Below are positions 44,066-54,210 of a stretch of 64,000 bases of DNA, piece after piece. Each line of letters opens with the position of its first letter. The first letter of the stretch is position 1. Origin of the DNA: Patescibacteria group bacterium (GTDB taxonomy: Bacteria > Patescibacteriota > Microgenomatia > UBA8517); assembly GCA_038062745.1 (NCBI GenBank), contig JBBTWO010000012.1, positions 249-64,248 of the forward strand. The letters run 5' to 3'. The notes below the pieces were generated by a model. It was not told the DNA's origin, searched no databases, and saw only the letters and a list, made by a program, of their open reading frames with translations. The position numbers were made by a program, and so were the translations under genes.

Positions 44066-46978
44066 ATTGCAAAACATTGCAAATTCACAGTTGGCACAAA
44101 AGTAGTTATGGTTGCATTTAAAATCTGAATTCTGTATTTCATCTCGTATATTTAATATTTCTGCTTTTGCCCTTAATAGATCTTCTTTTGTTCTTAGTGT
44201 TGAAATTTTTTGCTGATTTTCAAAATAATAAAGCGACAACTTTACTTGCTTTGGGTCTTTGTTAAAGGAATGTTGATTCAGAGTCGTTGCAGCCAAAGCA
44301 TAAAACGACAGCTGAGAATTTTTGTCCACATCTTTTTGACTGGGAACTGTTGCCCCGGTTTTGTAGTCAACGATTTCAATGTTGCCATCTGGTAAGACAT
44401 CAACTCGGTCAATTATTCCACCAATCTTTAATGGTCTACTAGACTCAAGTGGGAGAACAAATTTCTCTTCCATCAAAATAGGTAGCCTATCTTTATTGAA
44501 TTCTTTTTCCAAATATCCAGTAAGATAACTTTTCCCTTTCTCAAAAAATTCTTTTTCGTGAGCCTTGCTGGTGTAACCCTGTTTAATCCAATTTTGTTTT
44601 AAAAGGTCATGTAATAATATTTGAGTCGGTTTTTCTCCCCTTTTAACCACTTCGTAGAAGTTCTTCATAGCAGCATGCATTGAAGTTCCAAAACTTTGGG
44701 ATGCAGTCTGAGGAGTTGGAACTTTGACAATGTATTTCAATTTGTAATGCAAAGGACAGGTTTGAAAAGTTTCAATCTGTGAGTGAGACAAGTAGTTTAT
44801 ACTAAGGTGTTGTCTTTCTTGAGAATTTGAAAGGTTTTCAATCTTTTCGAAATCAGAAAAATTAGTCTTTTTATCAGACTTTTGCTTTACTGTTTGTTCA
44901 AATGTTTTTTGGTCAAGAGCCTCGTAAATAAACGGTGAAAGTTTTTTGTCTCGTTTTCCCTCTCCATAAAACAAGGCAGCCGTTAAAAACAATTTCTGTT
45001 TTGCCCGGGTCATTCCTACATAGAAAAGCCGTCTTTCTTCTTGAAGATGATGATCTCCCTGAGGAAGTATTTCTTTAATTAATTCCTCAGGAATTGGAAT
45101 TTGCTCATGTCGTTGGGTTGAAGGAAATCTTTGACTAACCAAGTTAACCAAAAAGACAATTGGAAATTCCAATCCCTTACTGCCATGAACGGTTAAAATA
45201 TTAACTGCATTTACTTCACTCCAATCAACATCTGCAGCAAGTGGGGACTCACCAATTTCAGAAGATAAATCAATCCAATCTATCACTTCGGGAACATTGG
45301 CCGTTTGGTGGTCCACCTCATATGTTTTTAACTTTTCAAAAAACTTAGTGATATTGAGAGCTCGATTTTGTGCCGCCTCTTCCTCTGGATTTAGAAGTTG
45401 GGTAAGAATTCCCATATCTTGTAAGAAAAAGTAAGCAATCTGACCGGCTGTTTCTTTTTTTGACAATTCGATATGTTTATCAAGTACCTCAATTAACTTT
45501 TTTAGTTTCTGTTTACTGTCTTTAGAAATATTTAGAATATCGACGTTTTTAATAACTTCATAGAAGCTTAAATTTTCCTTTCTGGCAGTATTGCCAATTG
45601 CCACCAAATCCTTGCCAGATAAATTTAAAAAATCACTGGTTAAAAGTCGGTAAAAAGAAACTGAGTCTTCGTAGTTAACTAACACTTTTAGATAGGCGAT
45701 TAAATCAACTATCTCAGCTTGTTTGAAAAGTTTTCCTGGTCCTAAAAATTGATATGGAATCCCGTGTCTATCAAATGTTTTCATAAAAGCTTCTGAGTGA
45801 TTATTTGCCCGTACTAAAATTGCAATATCTTTGAAAGAAAAATCACCATCGTTAGTTAATTCAACAATTTTCTTAGCAACTTCCTCTGCTTCATTTTCAA
45901 CTCTGTTCAAATGTAAGAAAGATATTTCTCCATTAAGCTTCTTGTTGTCAGCTACAAGTTTTTTGTTTATGTTTTGAGAAACTTCCAAGCGGTCAGGGTT
46001 ATTGTTTTGAATCAATTTATACGCAGCATCCAAGATTTTCTGAGCAGATCTGTAATTTTTGACCAAAGATATTTTCTGAGAAGTTGGATAGTCTTTCGAA
46101 AATTGTAAAGCATTCGAGATGGCTGCTCCCCGCCATTTGTAGACAGCTTGATCATCGTCAAGGACGACTGTTATGTTGGCTTTTCCTCCAACTAAAAGCT
46201 TCGCTAATTCATATTGAGCAATATTAGTGTCTTGAAACTCATCGACTAAAACATATTTAAATTTGTTTCTATATTCCACCAAAACATTTTTTCTGTTTCT
46301 AAAAAGAAGCAGGGTCTTGGAAATTAAATCTCCATAATCCATTACCCCATTAGCAATTTTCAAATCATCGTATTTTTTGTAGGCTTTGGCTAGTTCTAAC
46401 CACTTTTTATTTTCTAAGATTTTCTCTTCACTAGAACTTTTAGATAATTTTTTCTGTTTTTTATTTGCCCAAGCCAAATAATTATCAGCCAAAACATCCT
46501 CATCTTGAAGTCTGGAAAAATGTTGCAACAATCCTCCAATAAATTTATTTGGATTTCCCAAAGGTCTGAAATAATCTAATTCAAATTCAAAAAGGTGCAT
46601 TCTAATAAATTGTATTTGCGAAGCAGTAGTCATTAAAGAAAACTTTGGGTCAAGACCAATATGCAGTGCTTGGGCTCGCAATACCTTGTCACAAAAAGAA
46701 TGGAATGTTGAAATCCACATTTGGGTGTAACCATAAGGAAGAGCTTCATCTATTCTTTCTTCCATTTCGTCAGAAGCCTTCTCAGTAAAAGTTAAGGCAA
46801 GTATTTGGTCTGGGGTGGCGTGATTGTTTGCAATTAAAAATTTAATTCTTTCAGTAATAACTGTGGTCTTACCAGTTCCAGCACCAGCAATAATAAGAAG
46901 AGGTCCATCTATGTGTGTAACTGCAGCTACTTGTTCTGCATTGAGTTTCTTTTCTGAAGGATTATTCACAAGACTCAT
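44057..46978 (-). CDS. UvrD-like helicase fused to a C-terminal PD-(D/E)XK nuclease with putative Fe-S cysteines
   Basis: AGAGTGKT, VDEFQDTN, TVHGSKGLEFP, EERRLFYVGMTRA; then CPLHY, GIIDRVD, VDYKTG, QLSFYA, C..C.....C. Confidence 0.92.
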   Translation of the reverse strand: MSLVNNPSEKKLNAEQVAAVTHIDGPLLIIAGAGTGKTTVITERIKFLIANNHATPDQILALTFTEKASDEMEERIDEALPYGYTQMWISTFHSFCDKVLRAQALHIGLDPKFSLMTTASQIQFIRMHLFEFELDYFRPLGNPNKFIGGLLQHFSRLQDEDVLADNYLAWANKKQKKLSKSSSEEKILENKKWLELAKAYKKYDDLKIANGVMDYGDLISKTLLLFRNRKNVLVEYRNKFKYVLVDEFQDTNIAQYELAKLLVGGKANITVVLDDDQAVYKWRGAAISNALQFSKDYPTSQKISLVKNYRSAQKILDAAYKLIQNNNPDRLEVSQNINKKLVADNKKLNGEISFLHLNRVENEAEEVAKKIVELTNDGDFSFKDIAILVRANNHSEAFMKTFDRHGIPYQFLGPGKLFKQAEIVDLIAYLKVLVNYEDSVSFYRLLTSDFLNLSGKDLVAIGNTARKENLSFYEVIKNVDILNISKDSKQKLKKLIEVLDKHIELSKKETAGQIAYFFLQDMGILTQLLNPEEEAAQNRALNITKFFEKLKTYEVDHQTANVPEVIDWIDLSSEIGESPLAADVDWSEVNAVNILTVHGSKGLEFPIVFLVNLVSQRFPSTQRHEQIPIPEELIKEILPQGDHHLQEERRLFYVGMTRAKQKLFLTAALFYGEGKRDKKLSPFIYEALDQKTFEQTVKQKSDKKTNFSDFEKIENLSNSQERQHLSINYLSHSQIETFQTCPLHYKLKYIVKVPTPQTASQSFGTSMHAAMKNFYEVVKRGEKPTQILLHDLLKQNWIKQGYTSKAHEKEFFEKGKSYLTGYLEKEFNKDRLPILMEEKFVLPLESSRPLKIGGIIDRVDVLPDGNIEIVDYKTGATVPSQKDVDKNSQLSFYALAATTLNQHSFNKDPKQVKLSLYYFENQQKISTLRTKEDLLRAKAEILNIRDEIQNSDFKCNHNYFCANCEFAMFCNSD

Positions 46979-47352
46979 TATAGCAAAGGTTTGTTGTTAA
47001 CCCTGACGTATTCGAATTTATCAATAATTCTATATGGAGTAAGAAATATATAAGCATCACCCATAATTGCAGGGCTGAAATACCTAATACACAACTCATT
47101 TGTTTGTTCTATAACACCCACGACTTCGGCTGGTGTATTTTTTCGTTCTGCGATGTTAAGTTCTATTGTCAATTTACCAGTTCCTATCAACTCAGATACA
47201 CCAATAAAACCACCTTCAGATGGAATTAATTTTTTGTGTTGGTTGTTGCTCAAAAGCCTTCTTTATAAGTTTCCTGCAGATGTTGCATTCCCTTTTAATA
47301 AGTCTAGCCAACTAACAATCTTTACTTGACTCTCAACAGTATATGTGCTCAT
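46978..47352 (-). pseudogene. Hypothetical gene interrupted by an in-frame TAA, or a 91-aa ORF from TTG 47253
   Basis: ATG 47352 gives MSTYTVESQVKIVSWLDLLKGNATSAGNL* and continues in frame as RRLLSNNQH...; stop at 47265-47263. Confidence 0.45.
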
Positions 47353-47407
47353 TTGTGGATTTTACCAAAATTTATTATAAAAATCAGAACGAGAACAATA
47401 CCAACAC

Positions 47408-48385
47408 TTAGATCTCTATTTTTTCTTTGTCAACAAGTCCTGAAGTAAGTGAATTACTGGAAGACACTTTCTGTCCAAGTTGTGTAAAGGAAGTGTAAAC
47501 CGTCGACATCATATTGAAAGCATTATTAAGATGTTTTTGTAAAGTATTTAGATTTTCTTCTACTTTTGAATAGTCTTTTTGAATTGCACGCAATAACTTA
47601 AACACTTCTTTTGACTTTGATTCCAGCTCTTTTCCTTCAAAGGAAAGGAGCAACACCTGAAGATGGGCATATAAGGTATTTGGGGAAACCGGGTACACTC
47701 GCAGTCTCCTGGCAAAATCAGTAATCTCCTGGGTATTGGCAATTTCATAGTAGACAGTTTCCGAAGGGATATACATTAACGCAAAATCCATCGTTCCTTC
47801 TTCTGGCAAAATGTATTTTTGGGAAATATCAGAAACATGTTTTTTAACATCAGAAATAAATTCTCGTTTTGCTCGAGCCCTATCAATTTCAGTCTCACCT
47901 TTAATCATTAAGTTGAAGTTTTCCATTGGAAACTTTGAGTCAATACATAACATTCCAGCCTCTGTTTTTAAAACGGCATCAACTTTAACTCCAGACTTGA
48001 AAGCATATTGCAAATGAAAAGCATTCTTAGGGAATGTTTGACCGATCATGTCTTTTAATACCTGTTCCCCAAGCCCGCCTCGTAATTTTGGTGACTGCAA
48101 AAACTCCTGCAGTGTCTTTATACCTCTGCCAACTTCACTCATCTCTCCCAAGTTTCTTTGTACTTCACCCATTATCTTGGCTGCATTATCTAATCGCTCA
48201 TTAAGAAACTGGGTGTTTTGAGACAGATTCTCCATTAATACTCTTCTGTCTTCTTTACTTCCCATTTGGAGCATCTTAATTACCTCCATTAACTCTCCTG
48301 AAGGTTTTTGTTTTTTTGAAAGTAAAAATACAACTATTAGTAATAGTGCAAAAATAAGGACTATTAAAATAGTGGTCAATTCCAT
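47408..48385 (-). CDS. rmuC: DNA recombination protein RmuC
   Basis: N-terminal TM, PKLRGGLGE..L, IDSKFP, KYI.P..GT.DFALMYIPSE, VSPNTL. Confidence 0.92.
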   Translation of the reverse strand: MELTTILIVLIFALLLIVVFLLSKKQKPSGELMEVIKMLQMGSKEDRRVLMENLSQNTQFLNERLDNAAKIMGEVQRNLGEMSEVGRGIKTLQEFLQSPKLRGGLGEQVLKDMIGQTFPKNAFHLQYAFKSGVKVDAVLKTEAGMLCIDSKFPMENFNLMIKGETEIDRARAKREFISDVKKHVSDISQKYILPEEGTMDFALMYIPSETVYYEIANTQEITDFARRLRVYPVSPNTLYAHLQVLLLSFEGKELESKSKEVFKLLRAIQKDYSKVEENLNTLQKHLNNAFNMMSTVYTSFTQLGQKVSSSNSLTSGLVDKEKIEI

Positions 48386-48404
48386 AGTAATATGATTGTA
48401 TCAA

Positions 48405-48710
48405 ATGAAAACTAGTTCTAACCTTCCTGCAATTTTTATTGCCCTGCTTGGCTGGGTATTTGCTGTAATCTTAGTTTTGTTTATTGATCCTCAAATGCAA
48501 ATAGCTGTCCCAGTATTTTTTGTAATTGTTTTCATAAACATATTCACAACTTGCCTGGTTTTGTTAAAAAACAAAAAAAGATCCTTTCTTTATTCGTTGG
48601 CGCTAATCCTTTTTCTATTCTTAAGGTATTTTGGTATGGGGAGCCTACTTAATTTTATCTTAATAATTGGGATTGTAATTTCGATTGAAATATTCACCTT
48701 TCCAAGGTAA
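48405..48710 (+). CDS. Small multi-TM membrane protein
   Basis: Three to four hydrophobic helices. Confidence 0.7.
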   Translation: MKTSSNLPAIFIALLGWVFAVILVLFIDPQMQIAVPVFFVIVFINIFTTCLVLLKNKKRSFLYSLALILFLFLRYFGMGSLLNFILIIGIVISIEIFTFPR

Positions 48711-48722
48711 GATAGCTTCACG

Positions 48723-49076
48723 ATGAGGATCTCAGTAAAAAAACTAAATGAATCACTAAAAAAGCAAATTGTTTGGGAACTTGCCCAAACACTAACTAAT
48801 TTTAAAGATCCACAACAAACCTTGGTTTTCCTTAATGATTTTTTAAACACTACCGAACTTGAAACTTTTGCAAAAAGGCTGGCAATTGCCTACTGGCTTA
48901 AAAAGGGTAGAAGTTATAACAATATTAAAGATAATTTAAAAGTGTCCAACGCTACCATTGCCACAGTCCAAGAAACACTGAACACATCGGGAATGAAATT
49001 GGCCATTAAAGATTTAGAAGCAGAAGAGTGGGCAAACAAGTGGAGTGAAAAAATAAAGGGGATGGTCAAAAAATGA
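48723..49076 (+). CDS. TrpR-like (YerC/YecD) HTH protein
   Basis: FLNDFLNTTELETFAKRLAIA..L..G.SYNNI...LKVSNATIA.V. Confidence 0.85.
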   Translation: MRISVKKLNESLKKQIVWELAQTLTNFKDPQQTLVFLNDFLNTTELETFAKRLAIAYWLKKGRSYNNIKDNLKVSNATIATVQETLNTSGMKLAIKDLEAEEWANKWSEKIKGMVKK

Positions 49077-49432
49077 GCGAGAGAACGCAGGCTGTTTTTG
49101 AAAGATTATACAGAGGAGATCATCTAGCTTTTGTAAATAGAATCGTTAGACTCGAAAATAATCCCTATATAGAAATTAACCTTGGTTCGGGAGATCAAAC
49201 GCGAACAGGCGCAATAATTTACCGTGTCCCTTTGTTAGAAAATCACAATTGTATACAAGAAGGTGATTTTGTGTCTATAAACACAACCCCTGAAGGCGTA
49301 ATTAAAATTGTACTATCATTAAATAACTTAGCCAGATTAGATGAAGAGACAAGAGCAATAGTTTCGCAAGCTTTTGACTGCTATGACCATCCATGTCTTC
49401 AAGGTCCTGAAACTAAAGAGTTAAAAAAATGA
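49073..49432 (+). CDS. Hypothetical protein (119 aa)
   Basis: ATGA overlap with the preceding gene; no family recognised. Confidence 0.6.
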   Translation: MSERTQAVFERLYRGDHLAFVNRIVRLENNPYIEINLGSGDQTRTGAIIYRVPLLENHNCIQEGDFVSINTTPEGVIKIVLSLNNLARLDEETRAIVSQAFDCYDHPCLQGPETKELKK

Positions 49433-49472
49433 AGTTTGACAACTTCCACCTATAGTGCTTTAATTCACGCAA

Positions 49473-49811
49473 ATGGTAGTTGAGAGAAAAGAACAAATAC
49501 TTTTTTCTGGTGAAGGAACACCAGAAAACCCCTTTAGGCCAACTGCTGGTGTATCCATAGTTAGAGCTTTAGAAAAAATTGCCCAAGAAGGAGCAAGAAT
49601 AACTCAAAACGGTGGTAGTGCCTTTGTCTATACATCCGAGGGAAATTTTCAAATATATCGCTATGGAGTTGAAGATGAACCATTATATAGAGCAGAAACT
49701 TCCGGGCTAAATGACAGGTTAACAGATAGAACCACCGCCATTGCTTCAATTGCAGCTTCAGCTTTTACAATAGCGGATGTAATGCAAAAAGTTGGTTTCA
49801 GGGAGGATTAA
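49473..49811 (+). CDS. Hypothetical protein (112 aa)
   Basis: ATG-started ORF preceded by a TTGACA-N17-TTTAAT-like promoter and followed by a terminator. Confidence 0.62.
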   Translation: MVVERKEQILFSGEGTPENPFRPTAGVSIVRALEKIAQEGARITQNGGSAFVYTSEGNFQIYRYGVEDEPLYRAETSGLNDRLTDRTTAIASIAASAFTIADVMQKVGFRED

Positions 49812-49833
49812 GAGTATAAAAAGTAACTTGGAG

Positions 49834-49854
49834 GCCTCCGAAAGGAGGTTTTTT
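49834..49854 (+). terminator. Intrinsic terminator-like hairpin upstream of metG
   Basis: GCCTCC-GAAA-GGAGGT-TTTTT. Confidence 0.7.
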
Positions 49855-49880
49855 ACATTTAGAAAGGGTAAAATACAAAT

Positions 49881-51317
49881 ATGGACAAAAAATTCTATAT
49901 CACCACTCCCATTTATTATGCAAACGGTCTGGCTCATGTTGGTCATTTTCTAACTACTACTGCCGCCGACGTACTTGCCAGATATCAACGCCTACTTTTA
50001 GGTGATGAAAATGTTTTCTTCACCACAGGACTAGATGAGCACGGCACCACAGTTGAACAAGCAGCTGTTAAAGACGGCTTTACTTCTAACACCATTAAAG
50101 ATTACACAGACAAAAGAGCGGAGCAATGGAAACAAGACTTTGATTTAACAAATATTAGTTACGATTATTTTGTAAGAACAACCAATCCCAAACACGAAAA
50201 AATTGCTCAAGATTTTATTCGCGAAATGGTTAAAAACGGGGATGTATATAAGGCGAAATATAAAGGCAAATATTGCAATGGCTGTGAGAAATTTTTAACT
50301 TTGTCTGATTTAAACAAAGAAGGGTATTGTCCTTTGCACAGACCAGACCAAGTGATAGAAATAGAGGAAGAGAACTATTTTTTCAAACTTTCCAAATACG
50401 CTGGCCAGGTAAAGAAACTTATTGAGGATAATACCATCAAAATTATTCCTGAGAACAAGAAGGCAGAAATTATTTCGCGTCTGTCTGGCAAAGTTGAAGA
50501 TTTTAGTATCTCCCGCCCAAAAGAGAAAGTGAGTTGGGGTGTAGAATTCCCTGATGACCCGAGACAGGTTATCTACGTATGGATCGAGGCTTTGATAAAT
50601 TATAGGTCGTCACTTGAAATAACCAAAAAGCCAGAAGATTTTTGGAGCAACAGCTGGCATCTTCTTGGAAAAGATATTAACTGGTTTCACAATACAATTT
50701 GGCCAGCAATGCTTTTAGCTGCTGGCTATTCTGTATTTTCTGGTTCTTTTGTCCATGGATTTTTAATGATCGGCGGAGAAAAAATCAGTAAATCAAAGGG
50801 GAACATTATTACTCCAAAACAGCTTGTTGAAAAATTCGGAGTAGATGGTGCAAGATACTTAATTCTTGCCAATTTCCCCTACGACAATGATTCAGATGTA
50901 ACCTGGGAACAATTAATAATAAAGTACAATGCAGATCTTGCAAATGGCCTGGGAAATCTTGTTTCCAGAGTTGCAAAGCTGGCTGAGAATAGTGGCTTTG
51001 AATTTCCAAAGATACAACCTTCAGGGTCTCACCCTGAAGGTGAAGTGAAAAAACATTTGGAAGAGTTTAGATTTGATAAAGCATTAGAGTACATTTGGGG
51101 AAAAATATCTGAAGCTGATAAATATTTAGATGATAAAAAGCCATGGAACCTGCAAGGTGTCACCCTGCAGGAGGTGCTGCAGGAGTTGGTTGGCAGAATC
51201 AGGCAAATTGCCAACAACTTAAGACCATTCTTACCTGAAACGGCTGAAAAAGTTGAAAAACAGTTTGCCGGAGGAAAAATCGCTTCTTCCAGTCCGCTTT
51301 TCCCAAGGTTACAATAG
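49881..51317 (+). CDS. metG: Methionine--tRNA ligase (short form)
   Basis: FYITTPIYYANG.AHVGH, TGLDEHG, YCNGCE..CPLH knuckle, KISKS. Confidence 0.96.
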   Translation: MDKKFYITTPIYYANGLAHVGHFLTTTAADVLARYQRLLLGDENVFFTTGLDEHGTTVEQAAVKDGFTSNTIKDYTDKRAEQWKQDFDLTNISYDYFVRTTNPKHEKIAQDFIREMVKNGDVYKAKYKGKYCNGCEKFLTLSDLNKEGYCPLHRPDQVIEIEEENYFFKLSKYAGQVKKLIEDNTIKIIPENKKAEIISRLSGKVEDFSISRPKEKVSWGVEFPDDPRQVIYVWIEALINYRSSLEITKKPEDFWSNSWHLLGKDINWFHNTIWPAMLLAAGYSVFSGSFVHGFLMIGGEKISKSKGNIITPKQLVEKFGVDGARYLILANFPYDNDSDVTWEQLIIKYNADLANGLGNLVSRVAKLAENSGFEFPKIQPSGSHPEGEVKKHLEEFRFDKALEYIWGKISEADKYLDDKKPWNLQGVTLQEVLQELVGRIRQIANNLRPFLPETAEKVEKQFAGGKIASSSPLFPRLQ

Positions 51318-51335
51318 GTATATAATACCCTGCCA

Positions 51336-52811
51336 ATGTCAAAAACAAGACTAGTTCAACGTCTTCTGGAAATACTTCCTGGTTTTGTTTCCTGGAATTT
51401 AATTCTTTTTCCCTATTGGGGAATTTTGGTTATGCCCAATGCGGTGGCTTACACAATTTTATTTTTTAACTTATATTGGTTTTATCAATCTTTAAATGTG
51501 GCTATTTCGGCAACTGTATCACATTTCCGGATCCAAGCATCTGAAAAATTTGACTGGGCAGGAGAAATAAAAGCCTTTCCAGATTATGAAAAGGTACATC
51601 ATTTTGTCATTATCCCCATGGTTAACGAACCATTCCATATTCTTGAGAGAACTGTAGAGTCAATTGCCAAACAAACACTTTCCCTTAAACAAATAACTGT
51701 CGTGTTAGCCACAGAAGCCAGGGTGCCAGACGAAGTAAGATTGCCACTAGTGAACGCATTGACAAAAAAATACAAAAATACTTTTGCAAATTTTTTCGTC
51801 ACTGCCCATTGGCTGACTCCTGACGAAGTACGCGGAAAAGCTTCCAATGAGCGCTTTGCTGCAATAGCAGCACGAAAGGAATTTGTCGACTCAGGAAAAA
51901 TTGACATGGATTATGCAGTGGTTACCAGTTGCGACTCAGATCATAAATATCACCCCAACCACTTTGCTTGTTTAACATATAAATTTCTAGACAACCCCAG
52001 GCGTTATAAATCCTTCTGGCAACCGATTGTTATGTTTTATAACAACATTTGGGAACTTCCTGCCATTACTCGTGTGCCAAACACTTTAATGTCTATTTGG
52101 AACCTTTCTTTAATTGCCAGAAAAGACAGGTTGATAAATGCCCAAAACTATTCGTTATCCTTCAATCTATTGCACGCAGCCGGATATTGGGATGCCGACA
52201 AAATTCCTGAAGATTGGGGGATCTTCTTTAAAGCTTTATATGAAACTGGTGGTGGAATTGAAGTAGAACCTCTATATTTGCCCCTTTTTGCCGACGCTGC
52301 TCAATCTGATTCTTTAATCAAAACTCTTAAAAACCAATATGAACAATTAAAAAGATGGGCTTACGGGGCTTCCGATATTCCCTGGTGGATTAGATATTAT
52401 TTTTCAAAAAAGAATGTACCTTTCTGGGATAAAACCACCAGGTTGTGGTACGCCATGTGGTCTCATTTTATGTGGCCAGTCAATTGGTTTTTAGTTACTA
52501 TTGGCTTAACACTTCCCACACTTTTGAATCCCGCTTTTGGTAGAACGGCTTTGGGTTACATGGTTCCAAAAGTTTCAGCATTGGTACTTACTATTTCACT
52601 TTTGTTTTTTGTGGTCACATTATTTATTGACAATGTTTACAAACCCCCAGCTCCAAAAACTTTTTCACCTTTGAGGAAACTGCTTATTCCCTTTGAATTT
52701 ATCCTTATGCCAGTTGCTGGATTTTTCTTTTCCGCTCTTCCAGGACTTGATGCTCATACCCGACTGATGCTGGGAAAATATATAGAATACCGGGTCACAG
52801 AGAAAGTGTGA
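51336..52811 (+). CDS. Membrane GT2-family glycosyltransferase
   Basis: VIIPMVNEP, GKASN, CDSD (DxD), IPEDW, QLKRW (QxxRW), flanking TM helices. Confidence 0.9.
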   Translation: MSKTRLVQRLLEILPGFVSWNLILFPYWGILVMPNAVAYTILFFNLYWFYQSLNVAISATVSHFRIQASEKFDWAGEIKAFPDYEKVHHFVIIPMVNEPFHILERTVESIAKQTLSLKQITVVLATEARVPDEVRLPLVNALTKKYKNTFANFFVTAHWLTPDEVRGKASNERFAAIAARKEFVDSGKIDMDYAVVTSCDSDHKYHPNHFACLTYKFLDNPRRYKSFWQPIVMFYNNIWELPAITRVPNTLMSIWNLSLIARKDRLINAQNYSLSFNLLHAAGYWDADKIPEDWGIFFKALYETGGGIEVEPLYLPLFADAAQSDSLIKTLKNQYEQLKRWAYGASDIPWWIRYYFSKKNVPFWDKTTRLWYAMWSHFMWPVNWFLVTIGLTLPTLLNPAFGRTALGYMVPKVSALVLTISLLFFVVTLFIDNVYKPPAPKTFSPLRKLLIPFEFILMPVAGFFFSALPGLDAHTRLMLGKYIEYRVTEKV

Positions 52812-52879
52812 CCGGTATTATATCTCTTACCTGCTTTGTTTCAATTCTTGCGAATTTTCAAGTCGCATGGGGCGTGATG

Positions 52880-52906
52880 GAATACAGGGTTACTGAAAAA
52901 GTGTAA
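52880..52906 (+). repeat. Synonymous duplicate of the last 8 codons plus stop of the GT2 gene
   Basis: GAATACAGGGTTACTGAAAAAGTGTAA versus GAATACCGGGTCACAGAGAAAGTGTGA (52785-52811); both read EYRVTEKV*. Confidence 0.8.
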
Positions 52907-52915
52907 TATAAATAC

Positions 52916-54190
52916 ATGAACCAATTTACTGCCAGTTTATGGGGAGATGAAGGCTTTTCTGCAATTCTTTCCATGAAACCAGTAGACCAGATTTTCTCAA
53001 TTATTAGCCGCGACACTTCACCACCACTTTATAATCTAATAGAGCATTTTTGGTTCAAAATAATTGGCACCAGTGAAATCTCAATCAGAAGTCTATCATT
53101 CGTGTTTTTTCTAATCGCCTGTTTATTTGTCTACAAAATTGGCAAACATTACTGGGACTACAAAACAGGAATTTTAGCCGCAGTTTTGACTGCCATTAAT
53201 CCATTTTTCTTTTTCTATGCTTTTGAGGGAAGGATGTATTCTTTACTAGCCATGACAGTAACTGCTTCAATGTATTTTTTCATCGCCAAAAAATGGCCAT
53301 TGTATATATTAGCAACTACCCTTGCACTTTATACCCACCACTTTGCCATTTTTGCTGTCTTTGTTCAAGGATTGTGGATGATTATCCAATTTTTAAAAGG
53401 CCAACAAAAAACAGCTTTGGCGATGTTTAAAAGTTTTCTGGCAATTGGGCTTTTGTATTCACCTTGGCTTGTTCCTCTGTACAACCAAACAAAGATGGTC
53501 GGTGGAGGTTTTTGGCTGGGAACACCAACACTCAAAGATTTTGGCATGTTATTAATCAAATTCTTCAGTGTTGGAATATTGTTGTTTCTTTTTAGAAATT
53601 GGTCTAAGAAGAAAGAAGTATCTGTCTTTTTAGGACTATGGCTGGTGTTTCCAATCGCAGCCACTTGGATTATTTCACAAAAGTTCTCCTCAATATTTTT
53701 TGATAGATACCTGCTGTACACTATTCCAGCTGGAATCCTGCTTTTTGTCTCTCAAAAAACAAATCTCACCAAGCTTTGGTTAGTCGTTGTATTTACAGCT
53801 TACATTTTTGCCAGCGGTTACTTATTTTTCCATCCTACAAAATTACCGTTCAAACAATTAGCAACTTATGTTAAACAAACTCAACAACCAACAGACATTC
53901 TTATAAATGAAGATGCCGGCAGTCACAAACTTTGGGAATCAAAATATTATGGTTTTGTCGCTCCAATCTACAAACCAACAGGGAGTCAACTGCCTTACTT
54001 TGTTGGAACAGCTTTAATGGAAGAATCAGATTTTATTTCCGAAATTCCTAAATCTGCTAAAAGGATAGGTGTAATAACTTTCAAATCCAATCAACAACTT
54101 GAAGAAAAATTCTTAGGATTTAAGGTTCAAGAACAAAAAACTTATGGCAATTTACATTTTGTCTGGATGCAGCGTTTGCCTATCAGGTGA
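52916..54190 (+). CDS. GT-C glycosyltransferase (GT39/ArnT-like)
   Basis: SLWGDEGFS, DTSPPLY, EGRMYS, LYTHHF, multiple TM helices. Confidence 0.88.
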   Translation: MNQFTASLWGDEGFSAILSMKPVDQIFSIISRDTSPPLYNLIEHFWFKIIGTSEISIRSLSFVFFLIACLFVYKIGKHYWDYKTGILAAVLTAINPFFFFYAFEGRMYSLLAMTVTASMYFFIAKKWPLYILATTLALYTHHFAIFAVFVQGLWMIIQFLKGQQKTALAMFKSFLAIGLLYSPWLVPLYNQTKMVGGGFWLGTPTLKDFGMLLIKFFSVGILLFLFRNWSKKKEVSVFLGLWLVFPIAATWIISQKFSSIFFDRYLLYTIPAGILLFVSQKTNLTKLWLVVVFTAYIFASGYLFFHPTKLPFKQLATYVKQTQQPTDILINEDAGSHKLWESKYYGFVAPIYKPTGSQLPYFVGTALMEESDFISEIPKSAKRIGVITFKSNQQLEEKFLGFKVQEQKTYGNLHFVWMQRLPIR

Positions 54191-54210
54191 TAACAAAATA
54201 TACTTAAAGT

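Noticed and set aside
47263-47265. Stop-codon reassignment or suppression by the tRNA-like RNA
   Set aside because: TAA, TAG and TGA all terminate conserved genes at expected positions; one internal stop is better explained by mutation or sequencing error.
49812-49880. T-box or SAM riboswitch upstream of metG
   Set aside because: The intergenic region is only about 70 nt, with a terminator hairpin but no T-box or S-box consensus.
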